Assembly: GCA_050014335.1 (NCBI GenBank)
Contig: JBEKDN010000001.1
Coordinates: forward strand, 1,980-65,979
DNA length: 64,000 nucleotides
Origin: Terracidiphilus sp.
GTDB taxonomy: Bacteria; Acidobacteriota; Terriglobia; Terriglobales; Acidobacteriaceae
Direction of reading: 5' to 3'
Shown here: piece after piece, positions 62,914 through 64,000 of the stretch
Layout: each line of letters begins with the position of its first letter
Position numbering within the stretch: the stretch's first letter is position 1
Translations under genes and position numbers: made by a program
The notes under the pieces: model-generated
What the model was told of the DNA's origin: nothing
Databases searched by the model: none
The model's input: only the letters and a program-made list of their open reading frames with translations

Positions 62914-63582
62914 TCAAACGAAATCCTTCAGCTTCTCTCGCAGCGACTGATACGCGCGGAAGAGCAGGCTTTTGGTCGCCGACTCGCTCAGCTTCAGCAC
63001 CTCACCGATCTCTCGGTAGTCCATCCCCTGATACTTGTGCATCAAAACCGCCATTCGCTGCCGCTCCGGCAGGGCCATCACATGCGCGCGGATCGCCTTC
63101 ATCCGCTCCTGGCGCAGCAGGCTTTCCTCCACCGACAGCCCGTCGCTAGCCACATCCGGCGTTGCCCCGGTCTCTTCGTCCGGCGCATCCAGATAGATGG
63201 TGTGCGCCGCTCGTTCGTGCTTGGTATCGCGCGCATGGTTCACGGCCAGGTTCGTCGCGATCCGGTAAAGCCAGGTGGTAAACTTCGCTTCCGCCCGGTA
63301 ACTTTGTCTGGAACGGTAGACGCGAAGAAAGACCTCCTGGGTAAGTTCTTCGGCAATCGCCTGGTTGCGCACCATCCGGAAGAGGAAATGAAAGATCGGC
63401 CGGTGGTACTTTCGCGCCAGAAACGTAAAGCCCGATTCCTCCCCCGCAGCCACGCGCAGCATGATCGCCGCATCGCTCGCTGGGTCTAATTCCGCGCCAG
63501 ATGTCCATCCTCCGGCCCGCGCTTCTGGACCGACAGTCGGGCCGACTCCCAAAACCGAGTTACCCAGTACGAGGGTCGCCAT
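62914..63582 (-). CDS. ECF-type RNA polymerase sigma factor
   Basis: Region 2 (FTFLARKYHRPIFHFLFRMVRNQAIAEELTQEVFLRVY) and region 4 (DYREIGEVLKLSESATKSLLFRAY). The start at ATG 63582 is uncertain because the frame stays open to the window edge. Confidence 0.8.
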   Translation of the reverse strand: MATLVLGNSVLGVGPTVGPEARAGGWTSGAELDPASDAAIMLRVAAGEESGFTFLARKYHRPIFHFLFRMVRNQAIAEELTQEVFLRVYRSRQSYRAEAKFTTWLYRIATNLAVNHARDTKHERAAHTIYLDAPDEETGATPDVASDGLSVEESLLRQERMKAIRAHVMALPERQRMAVLMHKYQGMDYREIGEVLKLSESATKSLLFRAYQSLREKLKDFV

Positions 63583-64000
63583 ATCTCCTGAAACCCCATC
63601 CGTGTCGGAAGGTTGCGGTGGAATCGGTTTTTCCGGTTCGGAATCTTCGGCTGTGAAACAGTTGTCCCCCCTGCCTGGGCCGCCTATCGCCAGCAGTGCG
63701 CAGCCGCCGGGGCCAGAATGCCTGGAGCCGGACGGAAGGCGCAGCACAGTCTCGCTATCCGCGGGTAAATAGCCGGCGGAGAAGCCGCTTGCCAGTCGAA
63801 GTGGATTGGATCTCCAACGCATAGGCAATTGGGTGCGGAGCACGGTCGGCAGATTCTGGCCGCAAAGCCCCACTGGTGTTACTTTAACTCGCCGGATGGG
63901 CTTATGGCTCAGGCTTTTGTCCGGCAAAACCACGATCTGCACGGCACCGAATACTTCCGAGGCACTTAAGCTCCCGAGGCCCGTTTGTGATTCAGCGCCA

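Noticed and set aside
63650-63930. GC-rich leader with TGGAGCCGGAC, reminiscent of the reverse complement of the RNase P RNA P4 region
   Set aside because: The adjoining universally conserved blocks (GAGGAAAGUCC and ACAGAAxCCGGCUUA) are not present on either strand. The resemblance is limited to about 10 nt.
1-64000. Searched by eye for CRISPR arrays, rRNA or tRNA genes, integrases and phage structural genes
   Set aside because: No regularly spaced direct repeats, no tRNA cloverleaf-like sequence in any intergenic gap I read, and no recombinase or phage-like ORFs. This is not an exhaustive computational scan. tRNAscan-SE, Infernal and a CRISPR finder should confirm it.

Overview
This 64-kb chromosomal segment has high but patchy G+C. 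Hand counts of 60-120-nt samples range from 41% to 68%. The gene content suggests an Acidobacteriota-type genome (inference): several ECF sigma/anti-sigma modules, sigma-54 regulators, DUF2911, malectin domains, beta-propeller lipoproteins and secreted metallopeptidases. I call about 62 protein-coding genes or pseudogenes. By eye I recognise no rRNA, tRNA, CRISPR array, integrase or prophage.

Gene layout:
- 1-7.6 kb: a glycosyltransferase block, then a divergent pair of sigma-54 activators, a hypothetical gene and a PilZ receptor.
- 7.9-16.3 kb: orphan ABC ATPase, PiT phosphate transporter, FmdB zinc ribbon, DUF2911, a 950-nt repeat-rich gap, M1 aminopeptidase and ppa.
- 16.6-23.2 kb: an AT-richer polysaccharide-modification island (ATP-grasp, GT4, RgpF-like, GT2, FkbM methyltransferase, deacetylase).
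- 23.3-34.5 kb: trpF-trpC, housekeeping genes, a membrane-anchored winged-helix/malectin protein, queG, a PASTA-only protein, rsmB and fmt.
- 34.5-41 kb: def and aroC interrupted and flanked by accessory modules (a HEPN-like pair, VapBC, EVE, and an ArsR-SRPBCC-small ORF-frameshifted DUF899 operon).
- 42-48.7 kb: three tandem paralogous beta-propeller lipoproteins plus an M13 peptidase.
- 49-53.5 kb: a tightly coupled five-gene ECF sigma module.
- 54.8-55.8 kb: a decayed IS5-type transposase.
- 56-64 kb: GH3 glucosidase, a GGDEF sensor and a second ECF module.

Best candidates for something undescribed:
- The low-GC pair of an unknown protein and a HEPN-like protein, translationally coupled to def.
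- The ECF / anti-sigma / B-box / LiaF-like / DUF4097 operon.
- The ToxR-like double-malectin protein.
- A short inverted-repeat element family that links the 12.1-kb gap to the IS remnant.

All functional calls come from motif recognition by eye. No database search was run.
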